From Acanthaster planci (taxonomy: Eukaryota), in assembly GCF_001949145.1 (NCBI RefSeq), contig NW_019091355.1:1328135-1392134 (forward strand): a DNA stretch of 64,000 nucleotides, written 5' to 3'. The notes below the pieces were generated by a model. The model made no database searches. It saw only the letters and a program-made list of their open reading frames with translations, and was not told the DNA's origin. Shown in pieces: positions 61,501 through 64,000 of the stretch (position 1 is the first letter of the stretch; the number at the start of each line of letters is the position of its first letter). A program made the translations under genes and the position numbers.

Positions 61501-64000
61501 ACAGGAAGCGTCAGGTCGTCATGCTACTCTCTAATGAAGACATCCAAGACGGCCATCCAGCGTCAGACTACTCTCCATCCGTAACCATACCATACCTATG
61601 TAGGAACAGGTGATTGCTAGCCTATAAGATAATTGCCGTCAATCTCATACATGAACGGATTAATGAGAAAACTAAAAAAAAATCTAACTAGAGCCCCATA
61701 TGATAATCGGGAGAGATAATATATATCACATGAACCTGGCTGCAGTTTAAATGTGACTATAAGAAATACGTCAATGCCACCCTCAACATGATTTCCGAAT
61801 TAGAAATTGATGGCATCCAATGAGGTTCCGTATAATTGGGCACGCTTACCATTGACTTTTATCTTTAATAAAGATGTTTTCAGACGTCAGTCAAAAAGAT
61901 TCTGAGCTTAAGAGCTTATGCAAACAACAATATCCTTCCCAGGATAACGGTATTCTAGTAATTTTGCACAAAAACGGCAAGGCAGATGTTTTGAAGCGCC
62001 TGCAATATTCCGAAAGTAGCGAGGGTAAATTTCCTTTGCGGAAATGAGGATAGTTGATAATGTTTCGCACTGAGATGGACCTATAGTCCCGCTGCATTGG
62101 AAAATTCCATTTGGGTTCTCTCGTGGTAGGGCAATGACATGAGTGGAAAGCCAACACAAGCGTCAGTTTCCCTTAATTTCAAAATATCGTGTAAAATGAT
62201 ACTTAATACATTGGCGCTTCGCAGCGGCTTTTTATAAGCCGTCCAAGCGCACCACGAGCCTATTTTACTCTTAGGACACCGCCTTTATGTCTGTTTTAAT
62301 GGCCCACAGGTAGATAAAGATTCAGGTTTCAAAATGAAAACATGCGTGTCCTGACAGATTAAAAAAATCACAATATATATACAAAGAACGCCACAAAAAA
62401 TAAAAAGAATGCTTACTTGTAAAGCCTCAACCAAATAAACGACAGCATGTCAAAGGATGGCAGCAATAGCATCACTGATGTATTTACAGTTGTAGGCTAC
62501 CCTTCATCACATCTTCGTAGACTATTACATTTTTAGTAAATATGAACTGGGATGCTACAAATATCTTGGAATCGAATGAAACATACATCAGGTCGTTTCC
62601 ACCGTTTCCAAAGTAAAAACTGCCACACTTTCCACAAGGCGCATGACTAATCAAATAACATTCATGTTGAAATTGAGCGAAATTAATATCAAAAGAATGG
62701 AGAATGCTCTACGGCTGCAAAAAGCACCAATATTGGTTTGTTGTTTGTTGTTGTTTTGTCTGTTTGTTTTTTTCCGGGACTTTCCCTCAAACTGGAATAG
62801 CACCATGTTTCTCATGCCACTCCGATTCACAGTTTATCCAATAGTATTGCCAATTCTCTTGCTAAGATGACAGGTCATAACGCGTCCCAAACAAGACAAA
62901 ATCTCGACTGGGTGAATGCAATTTCCCAAAGTAAATATCATTAAATACATTCATTAGGTACCTCACACCATTGTATTTTAACCATCACTTCTTATTCAAA
63001 CGTAACCCTTTATCTACTGGTAAACAGTCTTGTTCTTTGAATGTTCTGATCATGGCGACGACTCAAGCGGTCTGATACTCTCCTGCCATGTTTACTTGGC
63101 CTAGTTGACGCCTTTAGGGCTCTGGCCGTGCTTCAAGGCAGTCATAGAGCGGCCACTTCCTGCCACGGTGAATTAAGCAAAGCTTTATAGGAAAAACAGG
63201 TCCGAGTCATGAAACCTATTAGCTACGCCGGTCTGCGTACGGGTTAGGCTGGGGGATTCTTATCGCCACATAATCAAAGCGTCTTTTTCTCATTTCTTGC
63301 AATGCACAATTTGTGAAAGAATTTGTTAATACAATTGACGGCATTCGTGAATTCATTAGAAGTTTCGTCTGAGCCCGTAGAACGGCATGGATGTTTTTGG
63401 CGCGGTGTATACCCTCTTCCTTTTGTTTGCGTGCGTGTTTTACCCTTCAATCAGTATGGAGTTTATGACCAACAATTTGACATGATTTTAATTTCAATTC
63501 TTATCGATCTCATGATACAGAAAAGTGGTTTGGTTAAGCATTACCAAGAGAAGTGTTAAAATAGAAGTGTCGGGTTCAATGAACTCAATTTTAGTGGTGT
63601 AAATTGATTTCTGTATCCTTAAACCAAATTGAAATATCGCTTATGTCCCTTTGAAGCACTATAATTTGAATCGGTTTTTCTATTAATTAGCACAAACCCA
63701 CGTACAAAAATTCAACCCGTCCTTTAGAAACAAAATGATGTCATATACACTGCGCCCAATACAACCCACAATCTTAATATCGAACAAATTTTCAGAAAAG
63801 CAGATACATGAACAAATATTTTTCTGCAGAGCAAGATTCACAAAGACCCCTTTCGCTTCAGTTGAGGGAAAGTGCGTTCTACTGTTTTAGGCTGAGTTTT
63901 GCATATGCATACTGTGTTGTCCTCAACCCTATTAATTAATTCAAAAATTATCTTGCATCATAATTGTTTGAAAAATTTACGTCTTTATTTGACGTCTTTG

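Overview
Eukaryotic, intron-containing invertebrate genomic DNA. It is most likely an ambulacrarian/echinoderm such as a starfish; this is an inference from a luqin/RYamide-type receptor (a family lost in chordates) and the repeat content. Four protein-coding genes could be assembled by hand from GT-AG sites with consistent intron phases. (1) The 3' part of a TGN38/TGOLN2-KCT2 family type I membrane protein (+, exons <2-1003, 1364-1540, 1722-1862) with a hierarchical 14/28/118-aa Gly/Gln/Asn/Tyr-rich lumenal repeat. (2) An SLC35D3-like nucleotide-sugar transporter (-, 8943-8782, 8131-7840, 7153-6609; 332 aa), tail-to-tail with gene 1. (3) An unrecognised 245-aa single-pass membrane protein with a signal peptide and a furin-like site (-, 17566-17378, 13647-13521, 12348-11927). 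(4) A 354-aa luqin/RYamide-type neuropeptide GPCR (-, 29221-28490, 25244-24912). From ~29.7 kb to the end I see no convincing coding exon, only MITEs, a tRNA-derived SINE, short tandem duplications and a 409-N gap. The most unusual signals are two self-cleaving-ribozyme-like folds (a hammerhead core lacking helix II at ~30.2 kb, sense to the GPCR gene; a degenerate HDV-like double pseudoknot at ~12.8 kb heading a retroposon-like intronic insert), the orphan membrane protein, and the back-to-back poly(A) signals of genes 1 and 2. All calls are from manual reading; no database search or folding program was run.
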